Positions 18,345 to 26,972 of a DNA stretch of 41,624 nucleotides are shown piece by piece. The stretch is from Candidatus Aenigmatarchaeota archaeon (GTDB taxonomy: Archaea; Aenigmatarchaeota; Aenigmatarchaeia; QMZS01): NCBI GenBank assembly GCA_030614705.1, contig JAUWTN010000002.1, positions 1 through 41,624 on the forward strand, in the 5' to 3' direction. The notes under the pieces were generated by a model. It was not told the DNA's origin. It was given only the letters and a program-made list of their open reading frames with translations, and made no database searches. Each line of letters begins with the position of its first letter. Within the stretch, counting starts at the first letter, position 1. Position numbers and translations under genes: made by a program.

Positions 18345-18899
18345 ATGGAGATGAATATTAAAAAGTCTAAAGGAAAGCTGGAAGTGAGGTTTAAAGACAC
18401 AACAACTCACTTTGTAAATGCTCTCAGAAGGATAATGGTTGGTGAGATTCCAGTATCCGCAATCGAAGAAGTATACATCAAAGACAATAATTCAGCGCTT
18501 CAGGATGAAATTTTGGCTCACAGGCTCGGATTTGTCCCAATAAATGGGGAAGGAACTCTAAAATTAAACGTAAAAGGACCTCAAATAGTGAATTCAGATA
18601 GTTTTGAAACAACTGAAGGAGATGTTCAGATAACAAACAAAAATATACCTGTTGTAGAACTGCTAAATAAACAAAGCATAGACCTTACTGCAAAAACCTC
18701 GATTGGTTTGGGGAAAGATCATGCAAAATGGCAATCCGCAATTGTAGGTTATGAATACAAGAATCCAAAAGAAATAGTTCTAAGAATAGAAAGTTGTTCT
18801 GCGCTTACAGAAGAAGATATTCTTAAAAAAAGTCTTGAAATTCTTAAAAATAAGTCTGATGAATTCAAAGCGGAAATCTCAAAATACAAATCCTTGTAA
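18345..18899 (+). CDS. rpoD: DNA-directed RNA polymerase subunit Rpo3/RpoD (short form, no Cys cluster)
   Basis: VNALRRIMVGEIPVSAIEEVYIKDNNSALQDEILAHRLGFVPI matches the conserved alpha/Rpb3-like dimerisation motif. Confidence 0.85.
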   Translation: MEMNIKKSKGKLEVRFKDTTTHFVNALRRIMVGEIPVSAIEEVYIKDNNSALQDEILAHRLGFVPINGEGTLKLNVKGPQIVNSDSFETTEGDVQITNKNIPVVELLNKQSIDLTAKTSIGLGKDHAKWQSAIVGYEYKNPKEIVLRIESCSALTEEDILKKSLEILKNKSDEFKAEISKYKSL

Positions 18900-19029
18900 T
18901 TTTCTTATAATTTCTTTTATTTTATTAAATAATTTTTGGATAATTAATTTGGTTTATATTTGCATTATTTTTTGTAAAACCTGTATTGTTTAAAAGTGTC
19001 ATTTAAGTATAAAAAAAGAATTTATTCTT

Positions 19030-19947
19030 ATGGAGGATGATAAATATATAAATAATATTAAAGAAGGAATCACCGGAAGCAAACTCCCGACAATGGATGA
19101 TTTAAAAACCGAATATGATTCCCCTCTTGAAACACCGCCTCCAATTCCAATGTCTCCAGAACAAATAGTTCATGAAAATCCCATACCAGAATTATCTCCA
19201 ATTCAGAATCGAATGTCCTCAACACCTGAAAATATCGCAATTCCAAAAAATACAGAACCTCAGGTTAGCGGAGAAAAAAGAGGAAATGAAGCGAACTTTA
19301 AAGAAATTCTATTTAGCAAATTAACGCAAATGCACGATGAAGGAAAAACAATTGATGAAATTTACGGAACTCTAAAAGCGCAGGGTTATGGGTATGAAAA
19401 TATAGAAGAAGTAATTTTAAAATTAGTTGAATCAGAAGCAAACCCAAACACTGCAGGTAAACCAATAAAACCTGAAACCCCTCAAAGATCTATGATGCAT
19501 CCAACCAGAGAAGAATTGCCTCACAGAGAAATTATGCCTAAAAATGAATTAATGGCAACAAAACATACAGCCCCAGTAAAAATAGATGAAATGCCAAAAA
19601 CTGAGTTTGCCCCATTATTTGTTAAAGTTGGCAGGTACAGAGAAACCCTCGAAACAATTGAAAACCTTGAAAATTATCTGAGAGGGATGTCAAAATTATT
19701 CGACCTTGTAAATGAACTTGAAAAAATAAGAGTGATGAATATAACTGCTCTAAACAAGATGTATCAAAAAGCGAGCATAACAGCTTCAAAATTATATTCC
19801 GGACTGCTAAAACCAAAAGGAATGAAACTTGAGGGTGATCTGGAAAGCAAAGTTGAAATGGATAAACTCGAAGAAGTTGTTTCTGATTTAAACAATGAAT
19901 TAACAAACCTGAGAGATGAAATCGAGAAAATAAAAAACATAGACTAA
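19030..19947 (+). CDS. Hypothetical protein: Pro-rich N-terminal half, coiled-coil C-terminal half (305 aa)
   Basis: ORF. Its stop lies 1 nt before the GTG start of the next gene. Confidence 0.65.
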   Translation: MEDDKYINNIKEGITGSKLPTMDDLKTEYDSPLETPPPIPMSPEQIVHENPIPELSPIQNRMSSTPENIAIPKNTEPQVSGEKRGNEANFKEILFSKLTQMHDEGKTIDEIYGTLKAQGYGYENIEEVILKLVESEANPNTAGKPIKPETPQRSMMHPTREELPHREIMPKNELMATKHTAPVKIDEMPKTEFAPLFVKVGRYRETLETIENLENYLRGMSKLFDLVNELEKIRVMNITALNKMYQKASITASKLYSGLLKPKGMKLEGDLESKVEMDKLEEVVSDLNNELTNLRDEIEKIKNID

Positions 19948-19948
19948 A

Positions 19949-20671
19949 GTGGTAAAATTAGACCAGCATTTTGTAATAGATAAAAATATACTTGAAAGAG
20001 TAACAAAACTCGCAAAAATAACAAAAAATGATGTGATTTTGGAAATCGGGGCAGGAACCGGAAACCTCACAAAATTTCTCCTGAAAAAAGCCGGACAGGT
20101 TCATGCCATAGAATTGGATAAAACCCTATTACCGGAACTGAAAAAAATAAAAGACAGCAAACTAAAAATTATCCCTGGAAATGCCCTAACCACAAAATTC
20201 CCGGAATTTAACAAGATTGCAGCAAATGTACCTTATTCTATTTCAGAGCCATTAATCCAAAAACTAATTTATAATAATTTTAAACTTGGTGTTCTCCTTC
20301 TGCCTGAAAAATTCGTAAAAAAAATAACCTCAAAAAACACAAAATTATCATTTATCGCAAATATCTTTTTTGAAATATATCCGGATATTGAAGTTCCCCC
20401 GGAATGCTTTTCCCCAAAACCCCGCGTATTATCCAGAATAATTCTGCTTAAACCAAGAAAAATTGATGAGCCAGTCTTTGCGGATTTCCTCAAACAGAAG
20501 AACAAAAAAGTAAAAAATGCTCTCAGGGAAGCGATAATCAGGGAAAAAGGAGCCACAAAAAATGAGGCAAAAGAACTGCTGAAAAACCTGCGAATTGACA
20601 AAAAGGTAGCTAGCCTGAATTTAAGAGAACTTGAAAGAATACAGGAGTTTGTGCGTAATTTAAATGTTTAA
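19949..20671 (+). CDS. rsmA: 16S rRNA (adenine-N6,N6)-dimethyltransferase KsgA/RsmA/Dim1
   Basis: LDQHFVIDKNILERV, VLEIGAGTGNLT, and ANVPYSISEPL (NxPY). GTG start. Confidence 0.9.
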   Translation: MVKLDQHFVIDKNILERVTKLAKITKNDVILEIGAGTGNLTKFLLKKAGQVHAIELDKTLLPELKKIKDSKLKIIPGNALTTKFPEFNKIAANVPYSISEPLIQKLIYNNFKLGVLLLPEKFVKKITSKNTKLSFIANIFFEIYPDIEVPPECFSPKPRVLSRIILLKPRKIDEPVFADFLKQKNKKVKNALREAIIREKGATKNEAKELLKNLRIDKKVASLNLRELERIQEFVRNLNV

Positions 20672-20680
20672 TTATTAGTT

Positions 20681-21055
20681 ATGGTACAAATAGCAGCAAT
20701 AAGATTAAGAGGAAAATGGAACATTAAAACAGGTTTAGAAGATACCCTAACTTTACTTGGAATCAGGAGAAAAAACAATATGGTGGTTCTTGAGAACACA
20801 AAAGACAATATGGGTATGCTTGTAAAAGCCAAAGATTATATCACTTACGGCGAAATAAACAAAGAAGTGCTTGAGAAATTAACCTCAAAAAAAGAGCCTA
20901 AAAAGAAAACAGATAAAAAATTAATATTTAGTTTGCCAAATCCAGTCAAAGGATTTAAAAGCATAAAACTTGGTTTTAATCAGGGCGGAGATTTGGGCTA
21001 TAGAGGAGATAAGATAAATGAATTATTGGAAAGAATTATTAAGAATATTGAATAA
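20681..21055 (+). CDS. rpl30: 50S ribosomal protein uL30
   Basis: AAIRLRGKWNIKTGLEDTLTLLGIRRKNNMVVLENTKDNMGMLVKAKDYITYGEI is the archaeal L30 pattern. Confidence 0.85.
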   Translation: MVQIAAIRLRGKWNIKTGLEDTLTLLGIRRKNNMVVLENTKDNMGMLVKAKDYITYGEINKEVLEKLTSKKEPKKKTDKKLIFSLPNPVKGFKSIKLGFNQGGDLGYRGDKINELLERIIKNIE

Positions 21056-21064
21056 TTTATAAAT

Positions 21065-21583
21065 ATGACAGGACTTTATACTGAAGGATTTCATGCTAAA
21101 GAAATGAACCCTGTAGACAAATCAATTGTTGATCTTTTAACTGGCAAAACACCTTGCTCTATAGAATTATTTGACCATATTGATATGGATTCAGTTGAAT
21201 ATGATTTAAATAAAGCAGAAACTACAAGAACTGAAGAACGGGCAAAAAGTGGGAGAGTCGAAACCAAAACTTTTGCAATGAATTACGCGAAAATTCATCC
21301 AACAACACCTCCTATGATAATAGATATTGATAATCTTAAAGGTTATATTATTTATCTAAAAATAGGAGAAGAAAACAAAATAATGACTGAATTTGAAACT
21401 TATCCTGGAGCGCGTTTCTATGATGGAATTAAAATAAATCCGGAGAACCGATTTATTTATAAAGGAACTTTTGAAGAAATACTTGAGGAATTCAAAAATG
21501 CTGGGTTTGATATCAAAGAAGATTTATCCAAAGAGGAACTTGCTACTTATCAAAATTTGTATCACGAAGAACATAGTAACTAA
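21065..21583 (+). CDS. Hypothetical protein (172 aa)
   Basis: ORF only. Confidence 0.6.
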   Translation: MTGLYTEGFHAKEMNPVDKSIVDLLTGKTPCSIELFDHIDMDSVEYDLNKAETTRTEERAKSGRVETKTFAMNYAKIHPTTPPMIIDIDNLKGYIIYLKIGEENKIMTEFETYPGARFYDGIKINPENRFIYKGTFEEILEEFKNAGFDIKEDLSKEELATYQNLYHEEHSN

Positions 21584-21656
21584 TTATTTGGATTAAATGA
21601 TTTTGTGTAAATAAAGTTCCCCACTATAGAGTGAAGGAGTATTTGAAAATAAACTA

Positions 21657-22184
21657 TTAACAATAATCCACATAAGAAATATTTAATTCACTAAAATTTT
21701 TTCGCATATGATTCCTGCCTTTATCAAATTCCGTATAGACCGGTTTTCCAATCTCCTTGTATAATTTGTAATCCTGATGACATAACCGCAATTTACTCAT
21801 TATATCTCCCCACACTTTATATTGTTTCTCAGTAAATGCGGGTCTTTCAGAATCTACATACAACCAGGGATGCCATATGCCCTTCATACCTTTCACCCAA
21901 TAACCCAGATAACAACTGACTTCATCAAATGCGCTGAGTTCCCCGGAGCCATAAGCCTGAACCTCCCAGTCTTCTGAATCTAATTTATCAACAACGGATA
22001 TAACAAATTTTCTTATTATCTCCGGCTCAATTTGTTTTAGATTTCTATAAACTTTTTCTTCTACAGCAGTACTATTTTTCAACAAAATATTCTCTAATTT
22101 ATCTTCATCATCCTTCCATCCCCTAATATATGCGTAACATTTTTCAGATAAAGATAACCGTTTCCAAACATCAATCTGCACCAT
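21657..22184 (-). CDS. Hypothetical protein (175 aa)
   Basis: ORF downstream of ftsZ; Trp-rich; no family recognised. Confidence 0.6.
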   Translation of the reverse strand: MVQIDVWKRLSLSEKCYAYIRGWKDDEDKLENILLKNSTAVEEKVYRNLKQIEPEIIRKFVISVVDKLDSEDWEVQAYGSGELSAFDEVSCYLGYWVKGMKGIWHPWLYVDSERPAFTEKQYKVWGDIMSKLRLCHQDYKLYKEIGKPVYTEFDKGRNHMRKNFSELNISYVDYC

Positions 22185-22265
22185 CTTACTTTCTAATTAT
22201 CAAAAAGGAATAATTTAGAATAAAACCTCGATATCTATCGGATTCCTGTTGTATTTACTTTCGGT

Positions 22266-23339
22266 TTAATCAACAACATCAACTCCAAGCACAGTCTCCA
22301 CTTCTTTTTTCTTCATTTCCTTGTAATCCCGACCTTCAAAATAAGTCTGTGTTGAAGTTACTCCGGTTACAACAAGCAGAGTCTTTATTGAATCTCCAAG
22401 TTCCTTATCAATTGTTGCTCCCCAGATTAGTTTTGCATTAGGGTCTAATACTGAAGATACTCTTTCTACAATTTCCTGACATTCTTTAATTGTAATATCC
22501 TTTCCCCCTGTGATGTTTATCAAAGCTCCTTTTGCTCCTTCAACTTCCAAATCAAGCAATGGGTTATTCAAAGCTCTTTCAATTGATTCAAGTCCTTTAT
22601 GTTCTGTATCACTTGACCCAAGACCAATCATTGCCATTCCCCCATCTCTCATAACAGCCCTTAAATCAGCGAAATCAAGATTCACCAAACCTGGTTGCGT
22701 GATAAGATTGGTAATTCCTTTTACTGCATTTACAAGAATTTCGTCCGCAATTTTAAATGCTGTTGTGATTGAAACCTCAGGAACAAGTTCAAGAAGTTTA
22801 TCATTTGGAATAACAATTAAAGTATCAACATTTTTCTCAAGTTTATTAAGTCCTAATAAAGCATTATCCAATCTCTGGGTTCCTTCCATTGTGAAAGGTA
22901 TTGTAACTATGCCAACGGTAAGTGCTCCCATTTTCTTTGCAATTTCCGCAACAACTGAGATTGCTCCTGTTCCTGTTCCTCCACCAAGACCGCAGGTAAC
23001 AAAAACCAAATCACTGTCTTTTAAACTTTCAGATAATTCATGTTTGTCTTCTTTTGCTGATTCTTCACCAACCGAAGGGTCCGCACCAGCTCCAAGACCT
23101 TTTGTAATATTCTTGCCAATAAGTATTTTTTTATGAGCTTTACAATATAATAACTGCTGGGCATCTGTGTTTGCGCTAATAACATCAGCACCTGTAATAC
23201 CACTTTCCATAATTCGCGTAGCTGTATTATTTCCAGCCCCGCCAACACCAATTACTTTAATTACTGCTTTTCTCTGCGCCAATAATTTTTCTAAATCTCT
23301 TTCGAGAGTTGCGTTATCATCTTTCTTTTTGGATGCCAT
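22266..23339 (-). CDS. ftsZ: Cell division GTPase FtsZ
   Basis: IGVGGAGNN, the tubulin signature GLGGGTGTG, and NLDFADL. Confidence 0.97.
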   Translation of the reverse strand: MASKKKDDNATLERDLEKLLAQRKAVIKVIGVGGAGNNTATRIMESGITGADVISANTDAQQLLYCKAHKKILIGKNITKGLGAGADPSVGEESAKEDKHELSESLKDSDLVFVTCGLGGGTGTGAISVVAEIAKKMGALTVGIVTIPFTMEGTQRLDNALLGLNKLEKNVDTLIVIPNDKLLELVPEVSITTAFKIADEILVNAVKGITNLITQPGLVNLDFADLRAVMRDGGMAMIGLGSSDTEHKGLESIERALNNPLLDLEVEGAKGALINITGGKDITIKECQEIVERVSSVLDPNAKLIWGATIDKELGDSIKTLLVVTGVTSTQTYFEGRDYKEMKKKEVETVLGVDVVD

Positions 23340-23405
23340 AAATCAAATATAATAAAATTATTTATTAGATAACACCTGATTATCTTTTTGCATACTATAT
23401 AATAT

Positions 23406-24278
23406 ATGAGGAAAATAATAGTCTTATTACTCGTAATCTTAGCGGTTTCTCCAGTTTTTGGAGATTTGCCAACAAAATATAGTGAGTGCAATATATCAGT
23501 AAATCTTGATGAAAACGGAATTGCCTATGAAAACATAATAATTAAGGTTCCTGAATTTATGGATAAATTCAATTATTATATTATCCATCGCGTGAAAAAT
23601 CTTGAGATTTATGATATTTCAAATAAATTGAAATGTGAATGGAAATATGAGCGATTAGGAACACTGATTTCCTGCGAGAATATAAACACAAAAATAATTA
23701 ATATCTCGTTCAATTATCTGGGTTTAGTTACTCAATATGAAGATTATGACATTTTCTCAGACAGATATGTTGTCTCCACACCAACAGATGAATTTAATTT
23801 GAAGATATTCCTTCCAAAGGGTTACATCTTAGTTGATAATAGTGGTGAACTAAACCAATCACCTTATTACCCAATTAACGGAAAACAGGGAACTGATGGT
23901 CGGAATATTTTTATAGAATGGAACTCAAATCCTGGACTTGGGGAAGTGCATGATATCTCAATATTTTATGAACCAGCCTTAACTTCAAACCAATTCACAG
24001 CCCTGATAATCACTTTCTTTGTTCTGATTGTAATGATTTCTGTTTTCCTGATATTTAGAAAAAAACCAAAATCTCTTGATTATGGGATTACTGAAGACGA
24101 AAAGAAATTCCTTGAAGTATTGGCTAAAGAAAACAAAGTTTCACAGAAAAAAATTTCCAGAGAAATTAACCTATCTAAAGCCCAAGTAAGCAGAATTGCT
24201 CATTCTCTTGAAAAAAGAGGGCTTATTGATAGAAAAAGGATTGGGCGGAATTATGAGGTCTCAATTAAGAAAAACTGA
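23406..24278 (+). CDS. Membrane-tethered winged-helix (MarR/TrmB-like) DNA-binding protein with an extracytoplasmic N-terminal domain
   Basis: Signal/anchor MRKIIVLLLVILAVSPVFG, a ~180-aa outside domain, TM helix FTALIITFFVLIVMISVFLIF, then EDEKKFLEVLAKENKVSQKKISREINLSKAQVSRIAHSLEKRGLIDRKRIGRNYEV. Confidence 0.7.
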   Translation: MRKIIVLLLVILAVSPVFGDLPTKYSECNISVNLDENGIAYENIIIKVPEFMDKFNYYIIHRVKNLEIYDISNKLKCEWKYERLGTLISCENINTKIINISFNYLGLVTQYEDYDIFSDRYVVSTPTDEFNLKIFLPKGYILVDNSGELNQSPYYPINGKQGTDGRNIFIEWNSNPGLGEVHDISIFYEPALTSNQFTALIITFFVLIVMISVFLIFRKKPKSLDYGITEDEKKFLEVLAKENKVSQKKISREINLSKAQVSRIAHSLEKRGLIDRKRIGRNYEVSIKKN

Positions 24279-24428
24279 AGAATTTTTTATAAATTTAAAT
24301 ATTCTTATAACATCTTATTTCCAAAATTACCATAAAATTTAAAAATTTGCTTTACCCGTAGAATGAGAGCAATAATCTCTTTTTCTGTATTAATTTGATA
24401 TATTTGAACATTGATTAAAAATCTAAGA

Positions 24429-24518
24429 TTATTTATTCTTGTGCCTCATCTTCTTTCTTCTTTTCTTTAGCTTATGTGTTTTTATCTTTCCCTTCTTTCT
24501 TTTCTTTCCGCAAGGCAT
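24429..24518 (-). CDS. 29-aa extremely basic micro-protein, ribosomal eL41-like (MPCGKKRKKGKIKTHKLKKRRKKMRHKNK)
   Basis: Own translation. The C-terminal LKKRRKKMRHKNK parallels the eL41 sequence LKRKRRKMRQRSK. It is divergent from rps8 and below the ORF-track length cut-off. Confidence 0.5.
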   Translation of the reverse strand: MPCGKKRKKGKIKTHKLKKRRKKMRHKNK

Positions 24519-24591
24519 AATCTTAATAAATATAATTTAATTAAATATTGAGAATAATCAGATGTATAATAATTTATTTTTTTAATAGTTT

Positions 24592-24975
24592 ATGAGACAC
24601 GACTTACTCGCGGATGTATTCTCAGCAATAAAAAATGCTGAGATGGTCGGGAAAAAAGAGATTACTGTAGGAGACAGCAGTCTTATCAAGAATATCCTGA
24701 ATATCCTAAAAGAAAAAGATTATATTGAAGGATATGATGTTTTAATGAGGAATAATTATCAGGAACTGGTCGTAAAACTGAAAACCAGGATAAATGAACT
24801 GAAAATAGTCAAACCAAGACATTCCTTTAAAAAAGACGGAGTTTCAAAATTCAAAGCAAGATATCTTCCTGGCGAAGGTGTAGGATTCCTGTTTGTATCA
24901 ACCCCAAATAACAAAATAATTACTGACAGAGAACTTGATAATGAAGGAGGGATTGTTATTGGATATGTTTATTGA
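24592..24975 (+). CDS. rps8: 30S ribosomal protein uS8
   Basis: DLLADVFSAIKNAEMVGKKEITV..SSLIKNILNILKEKDYIEGY and a C-terminal GGIVIGYVY. Confidence 0.9.
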   Translation: MRHDLLADVFSAIKNAEMVGKKEITVGDSSLIKNILNILKEKDYIEGYDVLMRNNYQELVVKLKTRINELKIVKPRHSFKKDGVSKFKARYLPGEGVGFLFVSTPNNKIITDRELDNEGGIVIGYVY

Positions 24976-25051
24976 TTTACCAAAATTATAATAATATTGA
25001 GAAAACGAAAATAATTGCTTTTTAACTGAAAAATTACAAACATTTGTTTAT

Positions 25052-25495
25052 TTAATCAAACTTTTCGAAGAAAATAGCATAGTTATCTCCTCCTGAAAAA
25101 GGATTTAGTCTTCTATAAGGATTATTAATTTCTTCAAGCGCAGATTTGGTTAATTTGTCCGGACTCACATAATCCCATTCTTTGGATTTGCCATAGGTTT
25201 CTGCAAGTTTTTTATAATCTTCGACCATTCTTTCATACATCCCGGGTCCTTCAAAACAGTCTATGAATTTATTTATTAAACCCATTTGCAAATATCTGAT
25301 ACCTTTTTCATGTCGTCCAGTAGACTGAGACATCACATGATTCTCAACTATTTCTTCAATAATAGAGGCATATTCCGGTTTCCTTGAAACAATTTGACCA
25401 GCCAAACTTGGGCAATTTAACACCAATTCTTCAAAAAAATATTTTGTATTTATATTTGGTATAACTAAATCAGAAACTTTCTCTCCAATTGCCAT
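25052..25495 (-). CDS. Hypothetical protein (147 aa)
   Basis: ORF only. Confidence 0.6.
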   Translation of the reverse strand: MAIGEKVSDLVIPNINTKYFFEELVLNCPSLAGQIVSRKPEYASIIEEIVENHVMSQSTGRHEKGIRYLQMGLINKFIDCFEGPGMYERMVEDYKKLAETYGKSKEWDYVSPDKLTKSALEEINNPYRRLNPFSGGDNYAIFFEKFD

Positions 25496-25526
25496 ATGAT
25501 TAAATACTCAAAAATAATAAATAGAG

Positions 25527-25649
25527 TTATTCTTTATCCAATTTCTTCAATTGCACTGAACCGCATTTTGGGCACACCATCTGGGCGGGTTCCAAAACTA
25601 TTGGTTTTCCTGACCATCCACAATGCAAACATTCATATTTCTTTGCCAT
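25527..25649 (-). CDS. 40-aa zinc-ribbon micro-protein (MAKKYECLHCGWSGKPIVLEPAQMVCPKCGSVQLKKLDKE), possibly Rpo12/RpoP-like
   Basis: Own translation. CxxC-15-CxxC spacing and a YxCxxCG start resemble the RNA polymerase subunit P size and layout, but generic Zn ribbons look the same. Confidence 0.45.
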   Translation of the reverse strand: MAKKYECLHCGWSGKPIVLEPAQMVCPKCGSVQLKKLDKE

Positions 25650-25768
25650 AAAACCCTTTTCTTTTAAAAAGAAACACTCGTTCTTCGAACGGTACCTCAT
25701 TTGTGTAACAAATGAAAGAGGTCTTTACCCCAAAAGAAAATAATTTAAATTTAAGAAAACAATTTGTT

Positions 25769-26464
25769 TTAAAGATTAGCTAAACGTTCATAGTCATCCC
25801 TAAGGTAAATATCCTTTGATCTTACTTCAGCAATTTTATAGATTCTTGCAATCAATTCGTCCATTTCTTCTCTGTCAAGATTGAAATATTCCTCTGAGAT
25901 TTTATAGATATCTTCCTTATTTAATCTTCTTTCTTCCTCTTTTACATTCCTTAAATATTTTCCTAAAATTGAATGATAACTGGGTGTTTTCTTTTTATTC
26001 TGGTGTACCAATCTGTCAAATGTTTTATCAATGCATACTTCGCAATGGTTAATAATACCCGAGCTAATTTCACCATCAAATTTATTCAGATAATCTTCTT
26101 TAACCCAGCCCCTATAAAGTAACAAATAATAAGTCTCCAAAAAATTATCATATTCCGGAATATATCCTATTTTATCCCAATTATTCCCTTCATCAATGAC
26201 TTCATAAAAATCTCCGTTATTTCCAAACAGGAAACTTTCAATAGTTGCAAATAAATCATAAGCATCTTCTTCAAAATAAAGATGTTTGTGTTTCAAGAAC
26301 AAGTCATGAGCAATCGTAGGATAATTTCCGAAATAATAGAATGGTCTTTTTAATCTTCCAAGACCGTTTTCATTTTCCCCTAATTCATATTGTCTTGTAG
26401 AAGATTTCCCGGACATAACGTCAATAAATTTATTCCTCAGTTTTTTACTGATAATTTTTCCCAT
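25769..26464 (-). CDS. Hypothetical protein (231 aa)
   Basis: Long ORF; no family recognised. Confidence 0.65.
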   Translation of the reverse strand: MGKIISKKLRNKFIDVMSGKSSTRQYELGENENGLGRLKRPFYYFGNYPTIAHDLFLKHKHLYFEEDAYDLFATIESFLFGNNGDFYEVIDEGNNWDKIGYIPEYDNFLETYYLLLYRGWVKEDYLNKFDGEISSGIINHCEVCIDKTFDRLVHQNKKKTPSYHSILGKYLRNVKEEERRLNKEDIYKISEEYFNLDREEMDELIARIYKIAEVRSKDIYLRDDYERLANL

Positions 26465-26520
26465 AAAAGAACTACCGAAAAATAAACATTAATCTAGCAT
26501 TTTCTTTACAATCTGTTATA

Positions 26521-26949
26521 TTAAACTATACGCTTTAATTCTCTTAATTTATCATGATAAGCAACTTCAGCATCATATAAACCCTTTGCGCATTTATCAT
26601 AATCTTCCTGAGGTGTTGGTTCTGGATAATAAAGTCCAATTGATTTATGCATAGTTCTATCTTTTTCATCATCCCAAGCTTCAGGAAAAACTTTTGAAAA
26701 TATGGATTTATAATCCGGATTTTTCAAATCTCCAAAATCATGTTCTTCCAATGAAACCTCATGTTTTTTCGCTATCCTTTTAGCATATTCGAGTTCTTTT
26801 TCAGTAGATAATTTTAGAGGACCAACCTTTACTATTGGAAGAACTCTTTCCTCAATTATCATATAACCGCCACTAATAAACATTTTAACATCATCTCCCA
26901 TATCTGAATATTTTTCTATAGCTTCTTTTGTTCTCTCATATGCATCCAT
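26521..26949 (-). CDS. Hypothetical protein (142 aa)
   Basis: ORF only. Confidence 0.6.
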   Translation of the reverse strand: MDAYERTKEAIEKYSDMGDDVKMFISGGYMIIEERVLPIVKVGPLKLSTEKELEYAKRIAKKHEVSLEEHDFGDLKNPDYKSIFSKVFPEAWDDEKDRTMHKSIGLYYPEPTPQEDYDKCAKGLYDAEVAYHDKLRELKRIV

Positions 26950-26972
26950 AATGGAGTAATAAAATTTAAATA

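Noticed and set aside
22510-23352. Plus-strand ORFs 22510-23136 (208 aa) and 23167-23352, and the alternate-frame minus-strand ORF 23021-23251, within ftsZ.
   Set aside because: They are antisense or out of frame relative to FtsZ. The 208-aa frame is a Ser/Pro/Ile-rich mirror of the Gly/Ala/Thr-rich FtsZ core.
25650-25768. Slightly GC-richer spacer with an imperfect hairpin (CCTCATTTGT...ACAAATGAAAGAGG), considered as a small ncRNA.
   Set aside because: The stem is imperfect, I recognise no conserved RNA-family motif, and it may simply be a 3' UTR or terminator region.
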